A stretch of 64,000 nt of DNA from Chloroflexota bacterium. Lineage in GTDB: Bacteria; Chloroflexota; Anaerolineae; UBA1429. Within the stretch, counting starts at the first letter, position 1. The number at the start of each line of letters is the position of its first letter. Under the pieces are notes generated by a model. It searched no databases. It had not been told where the DNA came from and saw only the letters and a program-made list of their open reading frames with translations. The stretch covers positions 2,067 through 66,066 of the forward strand of contig JAAYAW010000085.1 in the NCBI GenBank assembly GCA_012719135.1. Direction: 5' to 3'. A program made the position numbers and the translations under genes. Positions 38,574 to 47,237 of the stretch are shown here, piece by piece.

Positions 38574-40457
38574 TCAGTCTAGAGCAGCAAGCTGATCGTA
38601 CACCCAGGCGATATCCAGTTCCTGGAGCTTGCCTCTCGTCGGCTTGCCGGTCTCCCTGTCCCAGCCCATCATCTCGTAGAAGGTCTCCTTGGCCTCTTCC
38701 AGGACCTCCGGATCGACGGGCTCTTCGTTCAATGTGCTCGTGACGTGGTACTGCTGCATGCGGAGGGGCAGCCGGTCGTCATCGCGCGTCAGACCCTCGC
38801 GCATGTTAAACGCCCTGGCCATAGTCACCCCACGTTCGCCAGCGCGCATCAACTCCCACACATTGGTCTGCCACCCAGTGATGGCCGAGACGATGTCCGC
38901 CATCTGCTGACGTGTCCAGTTGATGAACATGCAGTTGCCCAGATGGTTGAACACCCACTGCCAGTTGCTGACGTACATGTACGCTCGAACTTTGTCCGGG
39001 CTCAGATCGGTGCGCGGAACCGACGTGTAGATGCCGAGTTCCTGGACGCCTTGTCCCAGCGGCTCGTTGGCGATGCTCTCGTCCCAAAAGTTGTGCATAT
39101 GGTCGGCGCCGGTGGGCGACAGCGCATATCCCAACGCCTGGCCATGCCGGGTTCGGCACTCGTGCATCGGGAAGGGCTGCCCCTTGACCGTGATCGAGAA
39201 CTCCATGGCGTTTCCGCCGATACTGGCAGCTGCGGCGTCGGTGCCCTCCGCCAGCAGCGCCCCCAGCCCCTCGCGGCGGCAGATCATCTCCACCAGCTTG
39301 AGCATGGATGCGGCGTTGCCAAAGGAGAGATCCAGGCCGCCGGTTGATTCCAGCGTCAGCAGGTTGTTCTCGTAGCACTCCATCGCGAACGAAACCGCCA
39401 TGCCGCACGAGATCGTGTCCAGGCCGTAGGCGTTGCACAGCTCGTGGGCCTTGCTGATCGCCTTCAGGTCGTCGATGCCGCAGTTGGAGCCAAACGCCCC
39501 GATGGTTTCGTACTCGGGCCCGCCGTACTGCGGATCGATGTCCATTCCGAGCTCGTGGACTTCCACGACGCGCTTGCAGCGCACCGGGCACGCATAGCAG
39601 CCTTCGCGGCCGGTCATGATCGTGTCACGCAGGGTGGTGCCGGTGATCTTTTCCGCTTGCTCGAACTGGCCATCCTGGAAGTTGCGCGTCGGGAGCGCAC
39701 CGATCTGGCTCAGGCCCACCAACCCTCCCGGCGTGCCCACATCGTGCTGTGCCCAGCTCATCTCTTTCCAGTGATCGGTCATGAACCGGGAGAGCTCGCG
39801 GAACTTGTCCTGATCCGCGACCGGCAGACGGCCCTTGCCTCTGGCCGCGATCGCCTTGAGCTTCTTGGATCCCATGACCGCACCGGTTCCGCTTCGGCCA
39901 GCCGAGTGCCGCAAGTCATTGATCACACATGCGTATTTTACGAGGTTCTCGCCCCCGGGGCCGATCATGGCTAGCCGGATGCGGGAATCACCACCCAACT
40001 CAGCCTGGATCGCCTCCTGGGTCTCGAGAGTGTTCTCGCCCCAGATATGGGAGGCGTCACGGATCTCTACGTTCCCGTCGTTGATCCAGAGGTAGACAGG
40101 CTTTGGCGATATGCCCTGGACCACGACAGCATCATACCCGGCCTGCTTTAGCTCTGCCCCGAAAAAGCCGCCCACGTCCGCGCTGCCGTACCCTCCGGTG
40201 AGGGGTGACTTGCAGCCCACGCTGCTGCGTCCCGCTCCTGTGATCGGCAGCCCTGTGAACGTCCCCGTAGCGAACACCAGCAGGTTGTCCGGTCCCAGCG
40301 CGTCTACTCCCGAAGCCATCTCGTGGAGCAGATAGTACGCGATGAAGCCATTCCCGCCGAGATAGCGCCGGTAAAAGCTATCCGGCATCTCGTCTACCCA
40401 CGTCCTGCCGTCGGATAGATCGACACGCAGGATGCGCCCAGTAAATCCAGCAACCAT
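38574..40457 (-). CDS. aldehyde:ferredoxin oxidoreductase (tungsten-containing AOR family)
   Basis: Full-length AOR similarity (N-terminal domain, CxxC...C Fe-S ligands CYACPVRCKR). Start moved to the ATG at 40457 (MVAGFTGRIL), preceded by TAAAGGAGAGAG; the track ORF starts at a TTG 6 codons upstream. Confidence 0.9.
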   Translation of the reverse strand: MVAGFTGRILRVDLSDGRTWVDEMPDSFYRRYLGGNGFIAYYLLHEMASGVDALGPDNLLVFATGTFTGLPITGAGRSSVGCKSPLTGGYGSADVGGFFGAELKQAGYDAVVVQGISPKPVYLWINDGNVEIRDASHIWGENTLETQEAIQAELGGDSRIRLAMIGPGGENLVKYACVINDLRHSAGRSGTGAVMGSKKLKAIAARGKGRLPVADQDKFRELSRFMTDHWKEMSWAQHDVGTPGGLVGLSQIGALPTRNFQDGQFEQAEKITGTTLRDTIMTGREGCYACPVRCKRVVEVHELGMDIDPQYGGPEYETIGAFGSNCGIDDLKAISKAHELCNAYGLDTISCGMAVSFAMECYENNLLTLESTGGLDLSFGNAASMLKLVEMICRREGLGALLAEGTDAAAASIGGNAMEFSITVKGQPFPMHECRTRHGQALGYALSPTGADHMHNFWDESIANEPLGQGVQELGIYTSVPRTDLSPDKVRAYMYVSNWQWVFNHLGNCMFINWTRQQMADIVSAITGWQTNVWELMRAGERGVTMARAFNMREGLTRDDDRLPLRMQQYHVTSTLNEEPVDPEVLEEAKETFYEMMGWDRETGKPTRGKLQELDIAWVYDQLAALD

Positions 40458-40715
40458 TGCTCTCTCCTTTACCAACCAGACTATGTGAACCCCCCGATTT
40501 CGGACGGGAATATGTTAGCGCAACTGCGCCGCGGGAACAAGCAAGGGCGCCGAGCCAAGCGATTGACACAGGCCCCGCGCGATGATATAGTCGCGGGGCT
40601 TTACGGGCGGTGGTGGTCGCACGGACACCCCTTCCCGCCTCGTTCCAACCCCAACGTAGAACAGAAGAACGCGCGTCTTCCGGCCTGGCACGGGCCGGAT
40701 GTTGAGGAGTGGACC

Positions 40716-42986
40716 ATGCCCAAGACTGAGAATGGCCGGCAACAGGTGGTGGTGTTCGCCGGCACGCAAGGGCTCGCGATGCTGCTCTCCGCCTATCGAG
40801 ACGCCCCGTGGGATATCACCGGTGTGGTGCCGCCCGCCAATGCGGGAGCCGCCTTTGCCCAATTGCACTCGAGCCTGGGGGCCACCGCCGAGGAAGTCCT
40901 GATACCCACGCTGGACCGCGTGGAAGTGTGTGCTGAGCTGAGCGACGCCTCGCATCTCATCGGAGAGGCGGCCATAACGGCAGGCCGCGAGGGAGCCTCC
41001 ATCCGGCGTGTCTTTCTCGTCTCGGATTCGCCTGGCCGCCCGCAGACGGACTTTCGTCCTACACCAGAGCTCCTGGCGGCCCTCCGAACTGCAGACGCAA
41101 TCGTGATCGGTCCGGGCTCGCTCTTTACCAACCTGATCCCCTCTCTTCTGATCAGAGAGATCAACGACACCGTGCGGCAGAGCATGGCGCGCAAGATCTT
41201 TATCTGTAACCTGATGACTCAGCCGAACCAGACCGACGGGTACTCGGTGGCCGATCACGTCCGCACCATCCAGCAGCACTGTGGCCTTCGCTTTGACTAT
41301 GTTCTGGCGCACTCGGGCGGCATGATCAGCCCCGAGGTGTTGCAGCGTTACCGCGATAGCGCGGCGGATCTGGTTGTCGCGCAGTTGGTCGTAAACGATG
41401 GCTCCCAGGTAGCCATCTTTCCCGACTCGCCGCAGGAGATCGTCCTGGTAGAGGGCGCGATCCTGATGCAGCGCGATCTCGCGATGGAGGTGCTGCAGGA
41501 GGATCCTCTGACCGGCGAGCGCCATCTGGTCGTGCGCCATGATCCCAGCAAGCTCGGAGAGGCGCTGCGCTCTGTGTTGCACGACTATGCTCTGGAGAAA
41601 AAGCTCTCGGTAAGCCGCGCCATCTTCCGGGAGTACGATATCCGCGGCATCGTGGGCGCCGAGTTGACCACATCGGCCCTGGAGGCGATGGGTCGCGCTT
41701 TTGGCACCTATATCCTCCGCCGGACCGGCCGAGGCCAGATCGTGATCGGGCACGATGCGCGCCCCAGCTCGCTCCCCTTTAGCCAGGCGGCCGTCAGGGG
41801 ATTGCTCGAGAGTGGGTGTGAGGTTCTCGATATCGGGCAGGTGCCAACCCCGCTGACTTCTTTTGCCGTCAACCACTTTTGGGTGGACGGAGCCATCCAG
41901 GTGACGGCGAGCCACAACCCGGCCGAGTTCAACGGGCTCAAGCTGCAAGTCGGGATGGAGCCCCTCGCCGGCGCGGAACTTCAAAAGGTCGAGCGGCTCA
42001 TCGCCAGCGGCGCTTTTGCCTCCGGGCGGGGTCAGCGACTGGCCCGTGACGTGATCTACCCCTACCTCAACTGTCTGCTGCACAAGGTTGCCGTCTCGCG
42101 CCCTTTCAAGGTGGCGGTAGATGCTGGCCATGGCGTGAATGGCCCTCTGGCTTTGCGGCTCCTGCGGGAGCTGGGATGCCAGGTGGTCCCGCTCTACTGC
42201 GAGCCGGACGGCACCTTCCCCGCTCACGCGCCGGATCCGTCCGAAGAGGAGAACCTGGCTGATCTCGCTCAAGCTGTGCTGGAACACGGCTGTGACCTGG
42301 GTGTCGCCTTTGACGGAGATGGCGACCGTATCGGGATCGTGGACGAGAGGGGGCAAATCCTTCCTCCCGACGTGTTCCTGCTGCTGTTTGCCCGTGAGGC
42401 CCTGCGTGACGGGCCCGGTAAGGCCGTCTTTGAAGTGCGTTGCTCGGAGATGCTGTTCGACGGCGTGCAAAAGTACGGCGGCATGCCGATTATGTCACGT
42501 TGTGGCAATACCTCCATTCTGCCTCGGATGCTCCAGGAGCGCGCTCTGATCGGCGGCGAGCTGAGCGGGCACATCTTTTTCAACGATCCACCGATCGAGT
42601 TCGATGATGCGCTCTTTGCGGCGGCCAAGCTCCTGGAGTACATCGACCGGGCGGGGATGCCACTCAGCCAGATGGTCGATCACCTGCTGGACGGCCTGCC
42701 CCGGTACGTCAGCTCCCCCGAAATACGCATTGATTGCCCGGACTATCTCAAGGAAGAGGTTGTGGATGCCGTGCGAGATAGCTACAGTTCCCGATTCCGG
42801 GTGATCGATATCGATGGCGCACGGGTCTACTACGACGAGAAGGACTGGGCCCTGATCAGGGCATCCAACACGTCGCCCAAGCTCTCGCTGCGCTTTGAGG
42901 CGCTCGACGAGGTCCGGCTCGCCACGATGAAAGAGTCCATGCGGGAGGAGTTGCTCCGCTACCTGCCGGAGGTCCGCTCTTTCTAG
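40716..42986 (+). CDS. fusion protein: YvcK/GlmR (CofD/UPF0052)-like domain + alpha-D-phosphohexomutase (PMM/PGM-type, COG1109)
   Basis: Residues 1 to about 300: ADAIVIGPGSLFTNLIPSLLIREINDTVRQSMARKIFICNLMTQPNQTDGYSVADHVRTIQQHCG closely matches the YvcK C-terminal half, but the N-terminal DDGGSSG-type motif is replaced by PPANAGAAF. Residues about 310-756: FREYDIRG, active-site TASHNP, GDGDR. One uninterrupted reading frame. Start at ATG 40716 after GAGGAG; the track ORF begins 77 codons upstream. Confidence 0.8.
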   Translation: MPKTENGRQQVVVFAGTQGLAMLLSAYRDAPWDITGVVPPANAGAAFAQLHSSLGATAEEVLIPTLDRVEVCAELSDASHLIGEAAITAGREGASIRRVFLVSDSPGRPQTDFRPTPELLAALRTADAIVIGPGSLFTNLIPSLLIREINDTVRQSMARKIFICNLMTQPNQTDGYSVADHVRTIQQHCGLRFDYVLAHSGGMISPEVLQRYRDSAADLVVAQLVVNDGSQVAIFPDSPQEIVLVEGAILMQRDLAMEVLQEDPLTGERHLVVRHDPSKLGEALRSVLHDYALEKKLSVSRAIFREYDIRGIVGAELTTSALEAMGRAFGTYILRRTGRGQIVIGHDARPSSLPFSQAAVRGLLESGCEVLDIGQVPTPLTSFAVNHFWVDGAIQVTASHNPAEFNGLKLQVGMEPLAGAELQKVERLIASGAFASGRGQRLARDVIYPYLNCLLHKVAVSRPFKVAVDAGHGVNGPLALRLLRELGCQVVPLYCEPDGTFPAHAPDPSEEENLADLAQAVLEHGCDLGVAFDGDGDRIGIVDERGQILPPDVFLLLFAREALRDGPGKAVFEVRCSEMLFDGVQKYGGMPIMSRCGNTSILPRMLQERALIGGELSGHIFFNDPPIEFDDALFAAAKLLEYIDRAGMPLSQMVDHLLDGLPRYVSSPEIRIDCPDYLKEEVVDAVRDSYSSRFRVIDIDGARVYYDEKDWALIRASNTSPKLSLRFEALDEVRLATMKESMREELLRYLPEVRSF

Positions 42987-43004
42987 TCTCCTGCCAAAAG
43001 TCAA

Positions 43005-43044
43005 GGGGGCATGCACAGCACGTGCATGCCCCCTTGCTCTACTT
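43005..43044. terminator. bidirectional intrinsic terminator (12-bp stem GGGGGCATGCAC/GTGCATGCCCCC)
   Basis: Perfect 12-bp stem, 5-nt loop, T-rich tracts on both sides (TTGCTCTACTT on plus; TTGACTTTTGGC on minus). Between the convergent fusion gene and glmS. Confidence 0.6.
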
Positions 43045-43056
43045 GGAAACCGGATC

Positions 43057-44901
43057 CTACTCCACGGTAACGCTCTTGGCCAGGTTGCGGGGCTGGTCCA
43101 CGTCGCAGCCGCGCAGGACGGCCATGTGATAGGCAAAGAGCTGCAGCGGGATGGATGCCAGAATGGCGGTCACATAGTCTCCCGCTCTGGGGATCCAGAT
43201 GACATCGTCGGCCTTTTCGGCCACTTCCATGTCACCATCGGACGCTATGGCGATCACCCGGCCACCCCGCGCCTTGACCTGTTCGACATTGCTCAGCATC
43301 TTGGAGCGCACGCGATCGTCCGGGCAGATGGCTACCACGGGCATGCTTTCGTCGATCAGGGCGATCGGGCCGTGCTTCATCTCGCCCGCCGGGTATCCTT
43401 CGGCGTGGATATACGAGATCTCTTTGAGCTTGAGCGCACCCTCAAGTGCGATGGGATAGTTCATCCCTCGCCCCAGGTACAAGAAGTCATCGCAGTTCAT
43501 GTACCGGCGAGCCATGCTCTCATAGTCGGCCGCGCGCCCGAGGAGTTCCCCCGCCAAGCTGGGCAGCCGGCTCGCTTCCGCCAGGAGGCTCGCACGGCGC
43601 TCACGGCTGAGCGTTCCGCGCTTGTTCCCCAGGTACACGGCGAGAAGCAGCCCGGCGGCGACCTGCGACGTGAAAGCCTTGGTTGAGGCTACCCCAATTT
43701 CTGGGCCCGCATTGATGGAGATCACGCCATCGGCTAGGCGGGCCGCTTGGCTTCCGGGGACGTTCACCAGCGCAATGGACTGCATCCCCCGTTCGCGGGC
43801 GGTCTCCATTGCGGCCAGCGTGTCCACCGTCTCCCCAGATTGTGTGATGACGAGCACCACCGATCCGGGTTCGAGCAGCGGGTCCCGGTACCGGAACTCG
43901 GAACCGTAATCCACCTCCACTGGGAGGCGCGCCAGGTCCTCGATCATGAACTTGGCCATCAGGCAGGCATGCCACGCCGTCCCGCAGGCCACCGCGTGCA
44001 GCCGGCGAAGGTGCGGGAGGATCGGTTCGACGCCGGCCAGATCATGCAGCACGACCTGGTCCTCGCTCAGATCCACTCGGCCTCGCAGCGCATCGGTCAG
44101 CGACTGAGGCTGATCGTAGATTTCCTTGAGCATAAAGTGACGGTACCCCTGCTTGGCCGCCATCACGGGGTCTCCGGTTAGTGTGGCCACCGGCCGCTCC
44201 AGAGGTGCGCCTGCTCGATCCATGATGCGCACGTCATCGCGGGTGACGGTCGCGACGTCGCCATCCTCCAGGAAGATGACGTGCCGCGTCTGCGGGAGCA
44301 GCGCAAGCGTGTCAGACGCGACGAAATTCTCTCCCTCTCCCAAACCGATCACCGTCGCCCCAGCGTGCCCCTTTCGGGCTGCTACCAGCAACTCCGGCTC
44401 CAGCTGGCTCATGACCACGATGGCGCTGGGACCCTCTAGTTCCGCTAGGGTCAGCCGGACGGCCTCGGCAAGCGGCTTTTGGCCGCCCCCGTAATGCCGG
44501 GATACGAGATGGGCGATTACCTCGGTGTCCGTCTGTGAGCGAAAGTCGACGCCCTCCGCTTCCAACGAAGACTTGAGCGCCCGGTAGTTCTCCACAATGC
44601 CGTTCTGGACGATGGCGATGTTGCCCTCTGCATCGATGTGAGGGTGGCAGTTGCTCTCCGTGACGGCGCCATGGGTCGCCCAGCGCGTATGTCCCAGCCC
44701 CAGCCCGCCGGATAGGTCGGCTTCTCCAACCCTGGCGGCAAGATCTCGGATGCGCCCGACGCTGCGGCATCGCTCGATGCCATGCTCACCGTATACGGCG
44801 ATGCCGGCAGAGTCGTATCCCCGGTATTCCAACCGCTCCAGACCCTCGAGTACGATGTCTGCGGCGCGACGTGTGCCCACATAACCAACAATACCGCACA
44901 T
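43057..44901 (-). CDS. glmS: glutamine--fructose-6-phosphate aminotransferase
   Basis: 614 aa; starts MCGIVGY (catalytic Cys2), two SIS domains, C-terminal ...VTVE. Confidence 0.97.
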   Translation of the reverse strand: MCGIVGYVGTRRAADIVLEGLERLEYRGYDSAGIAVYGEHGIERCRSVGRIRDLAARVGEADLSGGLGLGHTRWATHGAVTESNCHPHIDAEGNIAIVQNGIVENYRALKSSLEAEGVDFRSQTDTEVIAHLVSRHYGGGQKPLAEAVRLTLAELEGPSAIVVMSQLEPELLVAARKGHAGATVIGLGEGENFVASDTLALLPQTRHVIFLEDGDVATVTRDDVRIMDRAGAPLERPVATLTGDPVMAAKQGYRHFMLKEIYDQPQSLTDALRGRVDLSEDQVVLHDLAGVEPILPHLRRLHAVACGTAWHACLMAKFMIEDLARLPVEVDYGSEFRYRDPLLEPGSVVLVITQSGETVDTLAAMETARERGMQSIALVNVPGSQAARLADGVISINAGPEIGVASTKAFTSQVAAGLLLAVYLGNKRGTLSRERRASLLAEASRLPSLAGELLGRAADYESMARRYMNCDDFLYLGRGMNYPIALEGALKLKEISYIHAEGYPAGEMKHGPIALIDESMPVVAICPDDRVRSKMLSNVEQVKARGGRVIAIASDGDMEVAEKADDVIWIPRAGDYVTAILASIPLQLFAYHMAVLRGCDVDQPRNLAKSVTVE

Positions 44902-45014
44902 TGAACAACCTCCAATGGTGCGTGTAACAAGGACGGGCAGGCAGAGTACGCCAGCCTCGTGCAGTTCCGATCAGATGATGGGTGCCACCGGATCACCGAT
45001 TGGCTCGCCGGTCG

Positions 45015-45190
45015 CCCGGCGCCTTTGTGATGACCCTTGTTGTGGGAGGGTGTGTTCGGGGTGTGGCTCACCCCGGGGGCTTCCGCTGATCTCTCGATTT
45101 TCCCCGGCTCGTCGCCGGGTTAGGCCCGCTGCGGTGCGGGCAACCCCTTCCTCGTCAGCTGCCGTTCGGCAGCCCGTGCGCTAGAACCCT
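45015..45190 (-). ncRNA. glmS ribozyme: glmS ribozyme (GlcN6P-responsive self-cleaving riboswitch) in the glmS 5' leader
   Basis: Minus-strand leader: UAG|CGCACGGGCUGCCGAACGGCAGCUGACGAGGAAGGGG...AUCGAGAGAUCAGCGGAAGCCCCCGGGGUGAG...ACAAGGGUCAUCA. It aligns with the conserved glmS core (A|GCGCC..CGAAC..UGACGAGGA.GG ... CGGCGGAUGCCUCCCGGCUGAG ... CAAGGGGGUGA). Sits in the 325-nt gap between the DUF512 stop and the glmS ATG. Boundaries are approximate. Confidence 0.65.
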
Positions 45191-45226
45191 CCGCGCGCGT
45201 CGTTTCGCTAGGCTTGCCTCCCTTCT

Positions 45227-46552
45227 TCAGGCTCCCAGACTGTACAGCAGATCCACGATCTCGCCAAGGCTAGAGACCGCCTCCACCGGGACGCCCAGGC
45301 TCTCGGCAAGGGAACCGATGCTCATGTCATCGAGCGTGCGCTCTCCGGTCTCATCCAGCATCGCCTTCGGGAGGCACACCATGTCGCCGGCGGGTCTGGA
45401 GCGCAGTGCGGCGAGAACATCGGCGCCGGTGAGAAGGCCGGACACGGTTACGGTAGCGCCAAAGAAGCGGTTCTGCACGGGCAGCACCGTCAGCCGGGCG
45501 CCCGTGATCTCGCTCATCTCCCCTGCTAGCGATTGCAGAATCGGTGCGATGAGCTCGCCGCACACGAGCGTCACTCGGAGGCCCGCGAACAGGCCGGGCT
45601 TGATGTCGTTCTTTGTGTAGGCCCAATCATCCAGCAGGTCGCGCACAAGGCCGACGCCGTTCTCAGATTGGGCTCTGTCATCATAGTGCTCGGCGGGCGG
45701 TACATCCTGGCCGGCGAGCAGGTACATCTCATCGGAGGGGTATAGCCAAGTGCATCCTGTGCGCCCGTGGATCGTGCCGGCAAGCTCTCGCGCCAAATCC
45801 AGGACGGCGGCTGCCTCTGCCGGCTTCAGAGTCCTCTGGTCGTTACCGCGGTAGCGCGTGAGTCCCACCGGAACGATTGCGAGCGTTTGAACCGTGGGCC
45901 ACTGCTCCAGCAGTGCAAGAACGGTCTGTCGCAGGATCGGTCCGTCGTTCTGTTCCGGAAGGAGCACCACCTGGGTGTGGACGCGGATGTTCATGTGGCC
46001 AAGGCGTTCGATTTGTCTGACGATATCGCCGGCTCGCCCGTTGCCCAGCAGGGCTCGCCGCACGTGCAGATCCGTCGCGTGGACCGATACGTACAGCGGG
46101 CTCAGGTTCTGCTCGCCGATGCGCTGCCAGTCATCCTCCTGAAGGTTGGTCAGCGTCACAAAGCTGCCGTGCAAGAATGACAGTCTGTAATCATCATCGC
46201 GGACGTAGAGCGTCTTGCGCATGCCCCTGGGCATCTGCGCCACAAAGCAGAACGGGCAACGGTTTGAACACTGGCGCAGGCCGTCAAAGAGGGGCTCCGC
46301 AAAGACCAATCCGAGGGATTCGTCATACTCCCGCTCGACCTGGATACGATGCAGACGCCCGCCACGGAGTATCTGCAGCGTCAGCTCTTCTTCGGCGCCG
46401 TAGAACTGGTAGTCGATCATGTCGCGCAGCGGGTGTCCATTGATCGAGACCAGGAGATCGCCGGGCTCTGCGCCGATCTCGTCGCCGATGCTACCTGGTT
46501 CTACATGGGCGATGCGGCCACCGCGCGTCCTGCGAGCATTACGCCCCAGCAT
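45227..46552 (-). CDS. PDZ domain + DUF512 (radical-SAM-like Fe-S) protein
   Basis: 441 aa; N-terminal PDZ (GSIGDEIGAEPGDLLVSING) and a DUF512 core with the CSNRCPFCFV cysteine motif. Confidence 0.7.
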   Translation of the reverse strand: MLGRNARRTRGGRIAHVEPGSIGDEIGAEPGDLLVSINGHPLRDMIDYQFYGAEEELTLQILRGGRLHRIQVEREYDESLGLVFAEPLFDGLRQCSNRCPFCFVAQMPRGMRKTLYVRDDDYRLSFLHGSFVTLTNLQEDDWQRIGEQNLSPLYVSVHATDLHVRRALLGNGRAGDIVRQIERLGHMNIRVHTQVVLLPEQNDGPILRQTVLALLEQWPTVQTLAIVPVGLTRYRGNDQRTLKPAEAAAVLDLARELAGTIHGRTGCTWLYPSDEMYLLAGQDVPPAEHYDDRAQSENGVGLVRDLLDDWAYTKNDIKPGLFAGLRVTLVCGELIAPILQSLAGEMSEITGARLTVLPVQNRFFGATVTVSGLLTGADVLAALRSRPAGDMVCLPKAMLDETGERTLDDMSIGSLAESLGVPVEAVSSLGEIVDLLYSLGA

Positions 46553-47237
46553 CGTTCATCTCCTCGGTGCCGCGCACAAGGTCCAGGATGCGCGCCACGA
46601 CCTGATCAATATCCAGCCGCGTCGTGTCCAGATATTGGGCACCCTTGGCACGGCTCAGTGGAGCCACCTCTCGTGAGCTATCGATTCTGTCGCGGTTCGC
46701 CAGATCGGCGACGACCTCCGCAAAGGGGACGCGCGCGCCACGTTCTGCGGATTCCACAAAGCGCCGCCGGGCGCGCTCGTGCAGCGACGCATCGAGGTAC
46801 ACCTTGACCTGGGCCTCCGGCAGGACCACGGTGCCGATGTCCCGACCAACCATCACCACCCCGCCCTGCATGCCGATCCGGCGCTGTTGTTCCGTCAGCG
46901 CGCTGCGAACGCCTCTGTAAGCGGAAACCGGCGATACGCCGCGGTTGACCTCGGCACCTCTGATCCCCCAGGTGATATCGACGTCGTCGGCGAACACCGT
47001 GTACTGGCGCCCGTCTGATACGGTTGGGGGCTCCACCCGAATGGCGAGCGTTTCAGCCAGCGCCGTCACGGCTGGCTCGTCGGCGATGTCAATGCCTCGA
47101 TCGATGGCTGCCCACGTCACGGCACGGTACATCACCCCCGTGTCAAAGTACAGGTAGCCCAACGCGGCGGCGACGCGCTCTCCCACCGTGCTCTTGCCCG
47201 AGGCGGCTGGTCCATCAATCGCTATCGTTATGCGTGC
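46539..47237 (-). CDS. cmk: cytidylate kinase
   Basis: P-loop IAIDGPAASGKST, plus YFDTGVMYR and NRD motifs. Start proposed at the TTG at 47237 (LARITIAIDGP), 9 nt after GAAAGGAGAG; the track ORF starts at ATG 47267. Confidence 0.9.
   Translation of the reverse strand, partial: ARITIAIDGPAASGKSTVGERVAAALGYLYFDTGVMYRAVTWAAIDRGIDIADEPAVTALAETLAIRVEPPTVSDGRQYTVFADDVDITWGIRGAEVNRGVSPVSAYRGVRSALTEQQRRIGMQGGVVMVGRDIGTVVLPEAQVKVYLDASLHERARRRFVESAERGARVPFAEVVADLANRDRIDSSREVAPLSRAKGAQYLDTTRLDIDQVVARILDLVRGTEEMNDAGA

Noticed and set aside
40485-40715. 77-codon N-terminal extension of the fusion gene in the ORF track
   Set aside because: The YvcK-like domain begins right after the internal ATG (MPKTENGRQQVVVFAGTQG) with a GAGGAG RBS. 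The upstream part lacks homology and overlaps the AOR promoter/RBS region on the other strand.
40515-42470. 651-aa minus-strand ORF
   Set aside because: Antisense to the YvcK-phosphohexomutase fusion, which has unambiguous catalytic motifs (TASHNP, GPGSLFT). A shadow ORF.
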